From contig OZ024742.1 in the NCBI GenBank assembly GCA_964016885.1, positions 254,820,001-254,884,000 of the forward strand: a stretch of DNA of 64,000 nucleotides, read 5' to 3'. Below are positions 1-14,012 of the stretch, one piece after another (within the stretch, counting starts at the first letter, position 1; each line of letters begins with the position of its first letter). This DNA is from Eledone cirrhosa. Its lineage: Eukaryota. Position numbers and translations under genes: made by a program. The notes under the pieces are model-generated. The model saw only the letters and a list, made by a program, of their open reading frames with translations, did no database searches and was not told the DNA's origin.

Positions 1-39
1 AGATAACGCCATCCAACTAGCTGGGCGGTCAGGCCGCTA

Positions 40-156
40 CTCATTTCTACATCTGAGTAAATTGGAGCAACGTGAAATAAAGTGTCTTGCTCAAGGAAAC
101 AACACATCCTTTCGATTGCAAGCCCAATGCTCTAACCACTAAGCCATGCGCCTTCA
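40..156 (-). mobile_element. tRNA-derived SINE fragment (family S1)
   Basis: Reverse complement begins with an A-box-like GGCGCATGGCTTAGTGGTTAGAGC, then CCTTGAGCAAGACACTTTATTTCACGTTGCTCC, shared with copies at 13.8, 17.2, 23.9 and 24.9 kb. Confidence 0.7.
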
Positions 157-183
157 TATATATATATATATATAAGTTTTAAT

Positions 184-247
184 ATAGATGAGATTCTACA
201 GGACTAGAACTGTTTCATTCTTTAGAAATCATCAAGAATCTGGCTAT
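184..247 (-). ncRNA. Type I hammerhead ribozyme motif, family H1, C3 mutated
   Basis: Minus strand: AGATTC tTGATGA TTTCT-AA-AGAAT GAAA CAG-ttctagtc-CTG TA GAATCT. Stems I, II and III all pair. Related copies at 16855-16903, 4101-4200 and 1738-1770. Confidence 0.7.
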
Positions 248-700
248 CCAAAAATAAATGTGGTATTTATAGGTCTTTTTAGGTGGTAGGAGAGGGAGGG
301 AAGTGGGATGGGTAGAGGTCATTGGTTGAAAGAAAAGGGAATTCATTAAAGGCTAATCCTTTAAAGCTATAATTTATATTTAGAGTGACAAAGGCAGAAA
401 GAATTCTATAAACAAGTTCAGAATGGGGTGCCACTCCTTATTTTTAAGTTTCTCTTAAGCTAACAATGCCTATATTTCAGGTGTCTATAAGATCGTTGGG
501 GGTCGGTCATGGTTGATGGATTTAAAGAAAAGGGAAATTATTTAAAAGCTAATTCTTTAAAGTTCTACTTAGAGTGACAAATGTCAAGAGAATTCTATAG
601 ACCAGTTCAATATATTGGGTGCCTATCATATCACTATCTTCAAGTTTCTATTAAGCTATATTCCAGGTGTCAACAGACACATTCACCCCCCCCCCCAACT

Positions 701-757
<57 letters not shown>

Positions 758-841
758 TTATACATATATATATACACACATACATATACATATATATATA
801 TACACATATACATATATATATATATATATACACACATATAT

Positions 842-875
<34 letters not shown>

Positions 876-1163
876 TTATTAAATTAACAGATTAAAGTTT
901 AAGAAAAGAATCGCTGCTTTTACTCTTAACGGGATCTTCTGAAACTAACAAAGTCAATCTGTAAACGCAGGAAGACAGGAAGACGATACTTTGGTTCGTG
1001 GTAACGTTCCCTATGCAAATAAGTAATTTGCATAGGGAACGATTCTTTGCTTAAATTTAATCTGATATTTTAATAAATATTTGCTCTACGGTTCTTATAT
1101 ATTTGATATATATTTATCCTTATCGAACCCTCTTTGGATTTTAGTCTTCAAATTTATTATTAT

Positions 1164-1251
<88 letters not shown>

Positions 1252-1279
1252 ACACATATATACACATATACATATACAT

Positions 1280-1310
<31 letters not shown>

Positions 1311-1406
1311 CACATACACACACATACATACACACACACACATAAATATATACAAACACACACATATATATATATATACACATACACACATATATATATA
1401 TATACT

Positions 1407-1462
<56 letters not shown>

Positions 1463-1589
1463 TTCTCACCTGAGGAAGGGCTTATGCCCGAAACGTCGTC
1501 CCCCACCTACACCCCACTCTCCAGAGCGTGAAATTAATAAACATTTGTTGTACTGCCTCTCTGTTTTGTCCCTGTTCAAATTTTTCCAT

Positions 1590-1625
<36 letters not shown>

Positions 1626-1781
1626 CATATAATGACTGACGAAGGACTATTTTTATCATATGTAACCCATGTGCAACCACGCAGTATTCTTTCTTCTCAT
1701 GTTTTTTTTATATATATACATATATATACATATATATAATGAAACAGTTCTAGTCATGTAAGTATTTCTCTCTCTCCCCCC

Positions 1782-1819
<38 letters not shown>

Positions 1820-1983
1820 GTGTGTATATATATATATGGGGGGGGGGGGGGTATATGTAAGTAAAAGAGTGTGTGTGCATGTACGTACGCAGCTATGAGC
1901 AAAAGTATGTTAATATAAGGGTGTATATATATTTATATATGTATATACATATATATACATATATGTATATATATCTCTACACA

Positions 1984-2060
<77 letters not shown>

Positions 2061-2207
2061 ATGTATGTATATATATATATATACGTATGTATATATATAC
2101 GTATATATGTATATATACATACGTATGTATATATATACATACATATACATATATATGTATATATATACGTATGTATATATATACATACATATATATATAT
2201 ATATACG

Positions 2208-2265
<58 letters not shown>

Positions 2266-2271
2266 TGTATC

Positions 2272-2320
<49 letters not shown>

Positions 2321-2404
2321 ATATATACATATATACGCATATATATATATACGTACGTATATATATATATATACATACGTATATAAATATATACATATAT
2401 ATAT
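701..2404. repeat. (TA)n/(CA)n/(TACA)n microsatellite tracts with embedded PLE fragments
   Basis: Seen directly. Source of the IY/HT-repeat ORFs. Similar tracts at 4250-4385, 13930-14008, 14563-14747, 16563-16823, 52900-53020 and 54775-55020. Confidence 0.97.
875..1167. mobile_element. Naiad-PLE pLTR fragment with inverted 3' end
   Basis: 886-1010 is the reverse complement of the 54320-54480 region (with an internal gap). 1041-1167 matches 16440-16563. The two parts are joined by the hairpin CGTTCCCTATGCAAAT-aagta-ATTTGCATAGGGAACG. Confidence 0.75.
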
Positions 2405-3595
2405 TTCCTTTAGCATTCGACCGCCCCCTCCACCCACACTTATCCCCCACTAACACCACTAACACACCCCTCTTTTTCACCGCCCACCCCACACTAACTA
2501 TACTAACACCTCCACTCCACCCCTCATCTGACCACCCTTCCCCAACTAACATACTAACATCCCTTCCCTCCCCTCTTCTCCTCCTCCCCCCTCCTTATCA
2601 CACGCACACACCCACCGGCACATATATACACGCGCTCACACTAAACACACACCCTACTACCACCACTAACCCTCACCTCCACACCTCTCACCCCCACCCC
2701 TGCATCCCACCACCCCGCAACTAACCTCACTAACACACCCTAACCCCAAGCACACGAACACACGCACCCACTTACACCACCCACCCCACACGCAACTAAC
2801 ATCACTAACACCCCCCAACCCCACGCACACGTACCCACACACCCTCGTACACCACGAACTGTACACACCCTACCACCACTAACCCCCACTCACACCTGCA
2901 TTCAACCCCTCCCTACCTCCCGTATACTAACACCCACTAACACCTCTTCATCAAACTACACACACACCAGTACACCACACTCCCTCCATAGAACCACACA
3001 CACCCTTCTCTCCCCACTCCACCCACACCCTCGCTCCACACTCACTCATCCCACTAACACCCCTACTAATACACACACACACACACACACCCTCCTTACT
3101 CCAACTTTCACACCTACCCATCCTCGGCCCCTACCATTCCACTGACTGCTGCTGTGCCCCCTGGCCACCTCCCAGCACCAACAGACCACAGCACTCCCAC
3201 TGCTGACCTCTTCCTGTTGCGCGCGCACCCCACATCTCTCCTCTTCCGACCACCACTTCATGGATTACACACACGCAGAATTTGACTTACAAACAATCTA
3301 CTAAACATCCTTGGAACTTACCAACTTTTCAACCATCCTCTTGCGTAATCACCTATATAACTCACCGGCACAGACACCCCCAAAAAATTGTTTTTCTCCA
3401 CACGCCACCCACACCCACAACACGCTTAAACCCCACACACACGTGCTTCCCACCACATATTTACACCCTCAGCCTCCTGATTCCTCTACCCCCACCCCCA
3501 TCCACACACGCACAGACACTCCGACCCACAAAAACACCCCCCACACACACCTCTTCCTGAACATGCAACCTCGTTTTTCCCCCAACCCTTACTTT

Positions 3596-3634
<39 letters not shown>

Positions 3635-4057
3635 CTACACACACACACCACCTTCAGCCCTCACCGCTCGGACACCCCGTCTCCCTCCCCCACTCCACCC
3701 GCCACCACCTCTACTCACCCCACACCCTTCCACCACCTGTTTACCCCCTTTTAATTTCAGTTTATTTTGATCATGCCTTTATTTTTAAATTTTCTCATTC
3801 CTTGTATTTTGATCATGCTTTATTTTTATTTTTTATCTTTATTTGTTTTTTTTTCATTCGCACCGTTTCCTTTCGCTATATGTCTCTCCACCTCTCCCCT
3901 ACACACCTTTTGAACTCTGTTCCCACACACTTCTCACCTGAGGAAGGGCTTATGCCCGAAACGTCGTCCCCCACCTACCCCCCACTCTCCTGAGCGTGAA
4001 ATTAATAAACATTTATTGTACTGCCTCTCTGTTTTGTCCCTGTTCAAATTTTTCCAT

Positions 4058-4058
<1 letters not shown>
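1462..4058 (+). mobile_element. PLE-type ~125-bp direct repeats (1462-1588, 3930-4058) with an HHR-like core; C/A-rich body at 2404-3755
   Basis: Both repeats read CTGAGGA A-GGGC-ttat-GCCC GAAACGTC and then AATAAA. Stem I pairs over only 2 bp. Confidence 0.55.
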
Positions 4059-4099
<41 letters not shown>

Positions 4100-4249
4100 A
4101 AGAAATACTTCTTACATGACTAGAACTGTTTCATTCATATGAATCTATGATGAATTTGTATGAATGAAACAGTGCTAGTAATGTAGAAATCATTTCTCTA
4201 TAGTTAAAGAATTCCTCGGTACAGTTGTACAGAAACCTTATTTTCCCAA

Positions 4250-4384
<135 letters not shown>

Positions 4385-4486
4385 ATTATATAAATGAAAA
4401 TAGAGAAATTAATGTGACCAAGAAGCCAACAGTATTTCATAATATATAAGTGACTATAACGTCATTATTATATATATATATATATA

Positions 4487-4823
4487 GTTACGTCCCTTTA
4501 TGATCTGAGTTCAAAACCGGCCGAGGTTAACTTTGCCTTTCATCCATACGGGGTCGATAAAATAAAGTACCAGTAATGTACTGGGTAATTGCTGCCCTTG
4601 TGCCAAAAGTAGAAACAATTATATATATATATAAGACGGAGGATTGGCAGTATCGGTAGAAGGTCGGACGCCATGCTTTGACGTATTGAGTTACGTCCCT
4701 TTATGATCTGAGTTCAAATCCCGCCGAGGTTAACTTTGCCTTTCATCCTTACGGGGTCGATAAAATAAAGTACCAGTAATACACTGCGATAATTGCTGGC
4801 CTTGTGCCAAAAGTAGAAACAAT
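4487..4823 (+). mobile_element. Two tandem copies of SINE family S2 (4487-4620 5'-truncated; 4634-4823)
   Basis: B-box-like GAGTTCAAATCC, body CGAGGTTAACTTTGCCTTTCATCCTTACGGGGTCGATAAAATAAAGTACCAG, tail CCTTGTGCCAAAAGTAGAAACAATT. Confidence 0.85.
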
Positions 4824-4844
4824 TATATATATATATATATAATA

Positions 4845-7800
4845 TTCAGATGACAATTCAATTTTGCAGAAAACTGTTAAAAATGTTTAATATTTTGCCA
4901 TCAGCTATGGCAAGCGTACAACAAACAGCAAAATCAACAGAAAAAACAATAGACACAACTACAAACGGAAAACCCGACAACCACAACAACAACAACAACA
5001 ACACCAAAAAAAACAGTCATAAATAATAATAACGTTACCTCTAACTCCGCATGTACTGGCGTCACCATGGAAACCAATATGGACAACAAAAATAAAAACA
5101 AGATGAACCACACATGGTACAACAGACCCCCAAAACAACAGAAAAAACAACAGAAAATAAAACCATTGACACAACTACAAACGGAAAAACTGACAACCAC
5201 AACTAAAACAATAACAACAACACCAAAAAAACTTTTGCGCAAACAGTCATCAAAACACAAGAGTTCAAAGATCTCGATATCTCCAATGCGAAACAGATGC
5301 TCTCTGAAGCAAAGGAGTTTATCACTTTCGGTGAAAACGGTGAATTTCAGATAAACTCACCCCCAGAAATTCGTCTGGAAACATTTCGAAGGACGATTAC
5401 CTTCAGAACTGTTTCAAATGAAACAAAACGATCAGCATTCCTCAGTCAAGGGGAAATTGAGGCAACGTTGAAGGAGATATTGCCAAACATTGACTTTATG
5501 CAGAGGGCTAAACAGAACGGGAGTATTTCAGTACACAAAAGCGAGGCCCTTGCACAAAGATACTCAGTGACGCCAATACTCTCACAAAAATACACCTTTT
5601 TCCCTATATACCTTGGAAAAATGACACAAAAAATTAGAGTTTCAAACATACCACCAAATATTAATATTTGGTGGATATTGGCAGGATTATTAGAGGAGAG
5701 AAAAGACACCATTCTCTCCATCAAAAAGTCAACTAGAGACACCTGGTCTGGTACAAATTTGGAGATTCTGGTGCAAATGAGCCCGGAAAGACTCTTCAAA
5801 ATACCAGAAAAAGTGCTGGTGGACAACAACAGCCACATAAATATTTCGGTGGAGGGAGAAAACCACATTGCTTTCGTTGCAATAGCACCACACACCTAAA
5901 GGCCTCCTGCCCTTTACAAACACGCTCAACCAAAACAATACAAAAGAAAACACTATTACCAACACCAACACCAAAACAACCACCACAACAACAACAATTC
6001 ACGAAACAAGCAAACACCAAAACAAACAGCCACTCAACCAACAACAACAACAGAAAAGAAAAGAAAACAAAAGAAAACAAAAGAAAACTCCCGGACGAAC
6101 AACAAACTAAAACAACACAACACAAACAACAATACGCATACATCAACACAAACAACAAGAGTGTGATGGAGGTCATCTCCCAAAACCCCAAGGTGGAGAC
6201 GGAGGGCAAAACTTTCGTCAAAGCAGAATCGTCTCCACACCTTAAACTTATAAGGGTTTCTAAATTTTCGTAGGACGTGGGCAACCCCTGCCAGAAACGC
6301 ATCAACCGCGTCCTGTTAAAATGTTTCTCCAGCCCACTCAACACCCCCTCCAGCACCCAATTGGAGATTGAACAACCCGATCTCCAGGAAACGAAAAGGT
6401 AACTGCACCTTTTCGTCCTTTTTCTCCAGTTCTTCTTCACCAACATGGCTAGTTTACGAGTTGGAAGCGTGAATGTGCGTGGCCTAGGGATACCCTGGAA
6501 ACAGGGCCAACTTTTAAACGACCTTAGGTTACACGGTATGGATGTGATAGCCATCACCGAGTCCAGGATCCACAACAGGCAGCAACTAACCCCCATCTTC
6601 GACGACTTTGAGATCTACGCATCTCCCTGTCAGCCGGGAGGTGAAGAGGGAGTGGCTGTCATGTTTCGTAAGAACCTAGTCGTCGAAGTACAGCAAGTAC
6701 ACTTGGACCCGGAGGGTAGTCCTAGACGTGAACAGTATTGGCAGTGGAGCCTTCAGATTGGTGGCCGATTATGACCCGACCGGGCAATAGCAAAAATCAC
6801 GGCCAGACTTCTTTAAGCGTCTAGAGTCTTTTCTGCGAACATCTTGCTCCTTACTTTTAGTGGGGGACTGGAATGGTATCCTAGATGCACGATGGGACTA
6901 TGTGGGAGCATGTCCCAGTAGAGAGGGTGCAACAGCCTCAAAACTTTAATCGGCCAATTCTAACTGGCCGATAGGTATTGACTGGATTTCCCGACTGCAC
7001 CACAGTGGACGTGGGCAAACCTCAGCGGGACATCTAGATCGTATTTACATAGGTTCTTCATTAGAGAAAGGGACAAGAAGATGTTAAGCTGTCCACGAAT
7101 GCACATGGTTGCCTATTCAGATCACAAATTAGTCGTCTGCATAGTCAACTGTGATAGAACACATAGACAGGGACCCGGATACTGGAAGCTGAACGTGTCG
7201 TTGCCGGCACGTAAAGTTTACAGTGAACGGATAAGTAGACTAGTCAAGCAATAGTTAACGGGAGCCATCGTCAACAATAGATGCTAGTACTCTCAAGAAA
7301 ACAATTAGAGTAGAATCGATAGAGTTTAGCAGAGAGTTAGCCTTAGAGAATAACAAAATAGAAAGAGAACTAGTAGCCAAGGTAGAGGAGGCACTTAGAA
7401 GTGGCAACGCGGCTAGAGTGTTAGCCTCGAGAACGGCACTGGACCAGTGCTTCGATGCGAAACACGAAGGCTGCGTGGTCAGAAGCAAAACACGTGCTCT
7501 GGGAAACGAAGGAGCGAAAGCTGTCAGCTGGGCCCGATTGACGGAGGCAAAAAAATGGCAACAAGTCCACGATTCGGTCCTTGAAAGACAAAATCGGACG
7601 CGTGCTAATTGACCACAAGCAAATGTGCGCGGCCTTTCAGCAGCACTTTGCGCAACTGTTTGAGCAGAACGACGGTGAGTCGAACGGGGCAATGGACTTT
7701 AGTTCATACCTCGACGGCCTACCGCGTCTCTCGAACACGAACTCCGAGATACGGGACGCTCTGGGCCGCTGCGGGAAACGCAAGTCACCCGGACTAGATG

Positions 7801-9858
7801 GTCTACCCTATGAGTTTTACATAGGCATGCCGGACTTGTTCTGTTGCATCCTCGAAGCCGTCTACTGCAATTGGCAGCTGAACGGAGAATTCCCAGTTCT
7901 GCAGGCAATGGCGTAGTAACGCTGATCAGGAAATACGAGAACAAGGGGGACGAAATTAACAACTTCAGGCCCATAACTCTGCTCAACACAGAGTTAAAGA
8001 TTTTGGCCAAGGTGCTAGCGACGAGGTTGGCGCTTGTCGTCGAGAACCTGATAGGGAAAGCGCAAACGTGTGCAATCCCGACCAGGTCCATACACGACAA
8101 CTCCACCTCATGCGATACATCATAGACAGGGTGGATCAGTCTAAGGCATTCGATAAGGTCGACCATCGATACTTGGAAGCGGTTCTCTACTGCGGTAATT
8201 GTAGCTGTTGCAGGGCATCCCTCTAGAACCGGGACTGCGCAAAGTGGTGTTGGCTTATGCCGACGACGTGTCGGTAATGGTGTCAAGCACCTCGGAAATC
8301 GGGGTGATCGGCAACTTACTGAAAGAATACGAAACGCTTACGGGAGCAAAACTAAACCCGAACAAGTCTGTCGGTTTGCAACTCGGTACGTGGAGAGGCA
8401 AACCGATGACGTCCGACAGCGTCGTTGGACGCTGGACGGACGGACCGGTGAAATTGCTCGGGGTTTGGTTCGATCCAGACCTCCAGGGGGAGAAAAACTG
8501 GAACGAGGTCACGGCCAAGTTGTTTGCGCTCACCTAGAAGTGGGCAGAGTACAAACTGTCCTTGAAAGGTCAAGCGGAGGTGGCAAACACTTTCATAGCG
8601 TCAGTCATCTACTACCGCATGACTGACGTGCCTTGTCCCCGTGAACACCACGCCAAGATGGAACACATGTTCTTCCAGTTTCTGTGGAAGAAACAGGCTT
8701 CGCTGGTGAGGAGATCCGTCTGCTGTCAGCACCCTTCCAACGGGGGGATGGGAATGCCGTGGCTGATGATGCACAAACATGCGCTGAGGCTGCGGCATCT
8801 CCAGTTATTCCTCACCTACCCCCAACCGGTGTGGGAACCGTTTGTGAGACATCTCGTCTCACTGACGGAGCTGCAGTCCTGAGTCAAGAAAAGACAGAAA
8901 ACGATGGGCGCCTGGCACATTGAATGCGCTCAGGCGCTCACAATCCTCTGGCAAGCAGGCAGAGCAATCAGTGGAGCTCCACTTCGACATTCTATAAAGG
9001 GATTGTACGTTACAAGGGCGATGACGTGCTCGGAGAGACTCTGGGCGTCGAAGACGATGAGCCAGTCTGTTTGGTAGGACTTTCCGCCCGTGACCTATGG
9101 ACAACTTCCAGGGAGTCCCTGGCCTGGCAGTGCTACCGAGGAGCTCTACCAGTTCGTGACGAGATCTACAGGCACGGACGCCCCGGCAGGGATCCTTCCA
9201 AGAGGACGTGTCCAAGATGCGCCAGGACATTGAAACAGTTCTGCACGCAATTGTACACGGCCCGGGCGTAATCGACCTGTGGAACTATGCAGAACAAATG
9301 CTCTCGCGTATGGGACAAATCCAGTTGACTGCCGAGTCCATACTAAGGATCAAACCGCCAGCTTCTTTCAAAAGCGAAAGAGAGGCAGTTTTTCTCTGTA
9401 CAGTGACTATGGTGAAAGAGGTTATATGGTTGACGATATTGAGAGGACTGAGGACAGATGCCTTTCTCTCCGGACAACAATTGATTCCCTTCTTTAAGTA
9501 TCACTTTAGAAGGAGAATCAGAGTGGAATGAGAGGCACTGAACCCCAGTAAATTTACTGAAAGGTGGGTGAATGTGGCAAAAATGGCCCGAGTGATTGGG
9601 CCTTCTCTGTTTATATGCCTGTAGGTTAAAGAAAAGAGCAAAAGGAAGAAGGAGATCTTGCACAACATACTCCTGAAGTTGAGGGTTGTTCTATCGACGG
9701 GGTATTAAACAACCCATTTGTGGCGCTTCCCCCCTATTGGGGATTTCGATTGCTATAATTGTTTGTTTTATATTTTTTACACGACTGTATGTAAAATCCC
9801 CGGCATGTCTTTGTATTGTCCCCTTTTCTTGTGCGCCCTTTTGGCAAATAAAGAAATC
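4845..9858 (+). mobile_element. Degenerate Tx1-type (L1 clade) non-LTR retrotransposon, copy A
   Basis: ORF1 remnants (5297-5899). APE start MASLRVGSVNVRGL at 6445, GDWNG, SDH, KSPGLDGLPYEFY, FRPITLLN, YADD (8208-8537), CPRC remnant. 3' end AATAAAGAAATC followed by (TATC)n. Many stops and frameshifts. Confidence 0.9.
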
Positions 9859-9939
9859 TATCTATCTATCTCTTTCTATATATATCGATTTATCTATCTA
9901 TATATCTCTTTCACACACACGCACACACATACTTGCTTT

Positions 9940-9984
<45 letters not shown>

Positions 9985-10334
9985 ATCCCTTTTCCAGCAT
10001 GACAAACGCTTTACACGACATATACACCAATTTTAATATGAGAAATTGGAAGTTTTCTACCGTTCTTTGCAAGAATATGCCTTTAGGGGTAAATAAAGAA
10101 ACATCAGAAAATAGCTATGATATTCAATATCAAACACATTTAAAACTATATCGTGAGTAATCTCCACAGTGAAAGATTTTCCACATGTGCAAATGACGTC
10201 ATGTTATTGACTAAGTTTTATCGTATCTGATATGAAAAGATATATATACATACTGATACGGTGCAAGCAAAATATATTGCAAACAAACAAGAATATAAGC
10301 CAAATGACATTATCATCATCATCATCATCATCAT

Positions 10335-10690
10335 TATGATTTTATGTCCGCTTCTCCCGATTTACAAACGTTATCTGGTTCGAATACAGCACAGCTTCCT
10401 TCTACCTTGCACTTCTTTATTATCTCCTCTGTCGTATCCAACATTCTGAGATAACCTCTCACCACTTTCGCTTAGGTATTCTTCGGTTTTTCTCTTCTGT
10501 ATCTTCCTTCCATTTCTGTCATATTTTCACTCAATGATCATTATCCACATGCATCATATGTCCATACCAATGCAGCCTTCACCCATGTCCTTTGATTCCG
10601 TCATCCATGCCCTCTGATTCCTTTTATGTTCGATTTTTCTTTCAGTCCATCCATACCACGTTGCCCATGCACATTAACATTGCGCACACA
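10335..10690 (-). mobile_element. Degenerate RTE-clade 3' fragment with (GAT)n tail
   Basis: Minus strand translates RLHWYGHMMH...RRIPKRKW, like the RTE C-terminal RLRWYGHV..GRP..W. (ATC)n at 10312-10333. Confidence 0.55.
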
Positions 10691-11411
10691 TCAGGGAATG
10701 GTCACTTCATTTTTCTCTAGCCTTCGCATATCATCCATCCATCCATCTATCCATCCACCAATCTAGCTGTCTAGCTATTTATCTATCAGATACATACTTA
10801 TGTATTATTTCACTGCAATTGTTGATTACGGAGTTGTCTTCGTTTAATTAATGGTATCTAAATATATGATAACAAGTTAAACTGAAACAGTAATATTAAA
10901 ACTACGAGTAGTTATTTATTAGTTTAGTTAGCACGAGCTCCCGTCCAGGTCAAAGCCATAAACTCCCTTTTCCACACCTTTCTGGACGAATTCCAGGTCA
11001 GTGTCATACTTCAGGTTCTCACCCCTACACTTCTTTGTCTATTATTTCTATTTTCAGTTCCTTAATAGATACAAGGCCAGAGTCCTGTATCAGGATGTCG
11101 TTGTATATGATATGACATCCACCAAAGTCTCTGTTTATCCTTGTATTTTCAGTTGCTGGATAGCTCCCAGACCAATACCTGAAGCAGTATCTTACTCCAG
11201 GATGTCACTGTCTATAACATTACATTCTCCACGCTTTCTCATGAATACCGTGAATCCGAAGCACCAGGCTTCATGTTTCCTCTCCTCTATATCGCACTGA
11301 ATTTATTGATAGACGAAGTTAACATTCTCTGATCTTCTCACGTATCTATGGGGAGGTACCCATAGTCATTCATTTTAGTGTGCTGCTGTCATTGCACATC
11401 CAATGCCACGT

Positions 11412-12144
11412 AAGTATCGTTGCGTAACATATAATATAGTTGTGTAACATATAGTACTGTTGTATAAAATATAGTATCGTTGTAACATATAGTATCATTG
11501 TAACATATAGTATCGTTGTAAAATATAGTATCGTTGTAAAATATAGTATCGTTGTAACATATAGTATCGTTGCGTGATATATAATATCTTTGTGTGGCAT
11601 ATAGTATTGTTGTGTGATATATAGTAACGTTGTGTAACATATAGCATTGTTGTGTAATATATAGTATCGTTGTGTAACATATAGTATCATTGTAACATAT
11701 AGTATCGCTGTGTAACCTATAGTATCGTTGTGTAACATATATTATTGTTATGTAACATAGTATTATTGTGCAACATATAGTATTGTTGTGTGAGATATAG
11801 TATCACTGTAACATATAGTATCGTTGTAATATATAATATCGTTGTAATACATAGTATCGTTGTAACATATAGTATTTCTGCGTTACATATAGTAATGCTG
11901 TGTAACATATAGTATTGTTGTGTAACATATAGTATTGTTGTGTTACATATAGTATCGTTGTAACATATAGTATTGTTGTAACAAATAGTATAATTGTGTA
12001 AGATATAGTATTATTGTGTAACATATATTATAGGTGTAACATGTAGTTTTCTTGTAACATATAGTATCGCTGTGTAACATAAAGTACAGTTGTGTAATAT
12101 ATAGTATAGTTGGGTAACATATAGTATTGTTGTAACATGTAGTA
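11412..12144. repeat. 20-22-bp minisatellite, consensus ATATAGTATCGTTGT(GT)AAC
   Basis: About 34 diverged tandem units are visible. One more unit resumes at 12397-12416. Confidence 0.95.
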
Positions 12145-12396
12145 CAGGAGCGGTGGAAGCATTTCTGAATTGGGGGAGGCCAAATATGATCAATTTAGTT
12201 GTAGCCATTAGTTTAGCTGTTATTATCAAATATCAACCAAGATAAAAAAAAACAAAAAAACTTCGATATGTGATAAACAAAACCTGTACATAAATTGTAG
12301 CATATATACAAACAGATGTGTGTTTTGGTAGTTTGGGGAGAAAATATCTAATTATGGGTGAGAGGGCATGACACCCTTTTTTTCCCAGCGGCCCTG
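12145..12396. mobile_element. MITE-like insertion in the minisatellite
   Basis: Imperfect terminal inverted repeats CAGGAGCGGTGGAA / TTCCCAGCGGCCCTG, with TAGTA on both sides. Confidence 0.6.
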
Positions 12397-13074
12397 TAGT
12401 ATTTTTGTGTAACATACTGTGAAGTTGAGTTGTATGACAACCGTTAAGAGACTGTTTTATGTTTTATGTTTATTTCTTGTGGATCGATGTTAATGTTCAT
12501 GTCTCAGTAATAACCACACCTTGACAGATCATCTTTAACCCTTTTCATACGAAACTCTCTGAAAACGCAATTGCTTCTATGATAAAAGTTGTTTATTCTA
12601 AAATGCTTAATGTTATCTAAAAGCCTTCCATGAAACGTTTGTGTTAGACCCTTTGTTAAGTTTTGTTTAAAACACTGACTTAATAGCATGAAATGTAAGT
12701 ATATGACTAGATCCTCCCAAATTCCCGATTATTTTATGAATTATCTGAAAACCATTGCCAATGAATCTCAAATAATTTTGAAAATATAGTAAGGAGAAGG
12801 TTAGATGTTTGCATGGCGGGAGTAAGAAAGTTGGTATGTCAGGTGGATGTATTCGAATTCGTTTTTCTTTTGAATATTATAATATTATCTTAAGTATATT
12901 GCATTAGCTATGTCTTGAATAGGACGATTTTCACTGTGAACAATATATTCACTTTTTCTTGTGAAATTGCTGCAAAACAGGAATTCTGTTAGGGAAAGAA
13001 AACATCCATTAACAATATATGGCGGAAGCAGATTATTACCAATTATGTTATATATATATATATATATATGTATG

Positions 13075-13111
<37 letters not shown>

Positions 13112-13739
13112 GCGTACGTGTGTTTGTGTTTGTGTATGTATGTATGTATTCAGGCAGCTTGAAATGTCACCTTATACAATTTTTCCTATTGATGAAAGCT
13201 GTTGAGAATAACAGCGAACAGGATGAACTTAAGAATATACTTACGTTGCACAAGAAGTATATATAAGATAGAATGGAATGCATTAATGGGGCATAATTTG
13301 AATTATGGATTGCGTTACGCAAATATTTCACGTAAATTCATGAAACAATAAAATTGCATACTTTCCTCCCAGACACATTGAGATATCTAAACTTATATAA
13401 ACAGATCCCGGGTACAATTAGGACTACACATACTTCCTAAATAATTTATCTTTTACTCCGTTCTAAAGCATTCTCTGATTTTCACACACTGTTTATTCAT
13501 TTGGAAAATTTTGTACTAATCTCATACACTATTTCACCAATATATCCTATAGACTTCCGAGCCTCCTCCTTTGCTAATTATGTCGCCAAGGTAAAAGAAC
13601 GACTCAACTTCTTCTATGGAGCCTTCCCGGGAAGGAGGTTTATTTCATTGGTGTTCATATACATTTCCCACATATAATTATAATGCGTAGGAAAGTTGAA
13701 GATATATATATATATATGACAGTCGATCGACTTTGATAA

Positions 13740-13928
13740 AATCGGAGGAAAAATGTTTCCATTGGTCTTTCCAATTGCTAATACTATCTATCGGTCGCAA
13801 CTCCAGGTAGAAGGAGCAACGTGAAATAAAGTGTCTGCTCAAGGACATTACGCATCGCCCGGTCCGAGAATCGAACTCACAACCTCACGATTGCGAATCC
13901 AATTTTCTAAGCACTCAGACACGCGCCG

Positions 13929-13930
<2 letters not shown>
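13740..13930 (-). mobile_element. SINE family S1
   Basis: GGAGCAACGTGAAATAAAGTGTC..GCTCAAGGAC and a B-box-like GAGTTCGATTCT on minus. A near-inverted partial copy lies at 17160-17280. Confidence 0.75.

Positions 13931-14007
<77 letters not shown>

Positions 14008-14012
<5 letters not shown>

Noticed and set aside
581-2724. Many IY/HT/CV-repeat ORFs here and at 4.2, 14.5, 16.5, 26.5, 52.8 and 54.7 kb
   Set aside because: They are stop-free translations of dinucleotide microsatellites.
11412-12144. CRISPR-like appearance of the 20-22-bp and 44-bp (19.6 kb) arrays
   Set aside because: Units are contiguous with no unique spacers, there are no cas genes, and the context is eukaryotic.
12480-13010. 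Possible old transposon coding remnant (ILTFHAI..SWKAF on minus)
   Set aside because: Too degraded to assign by eye.
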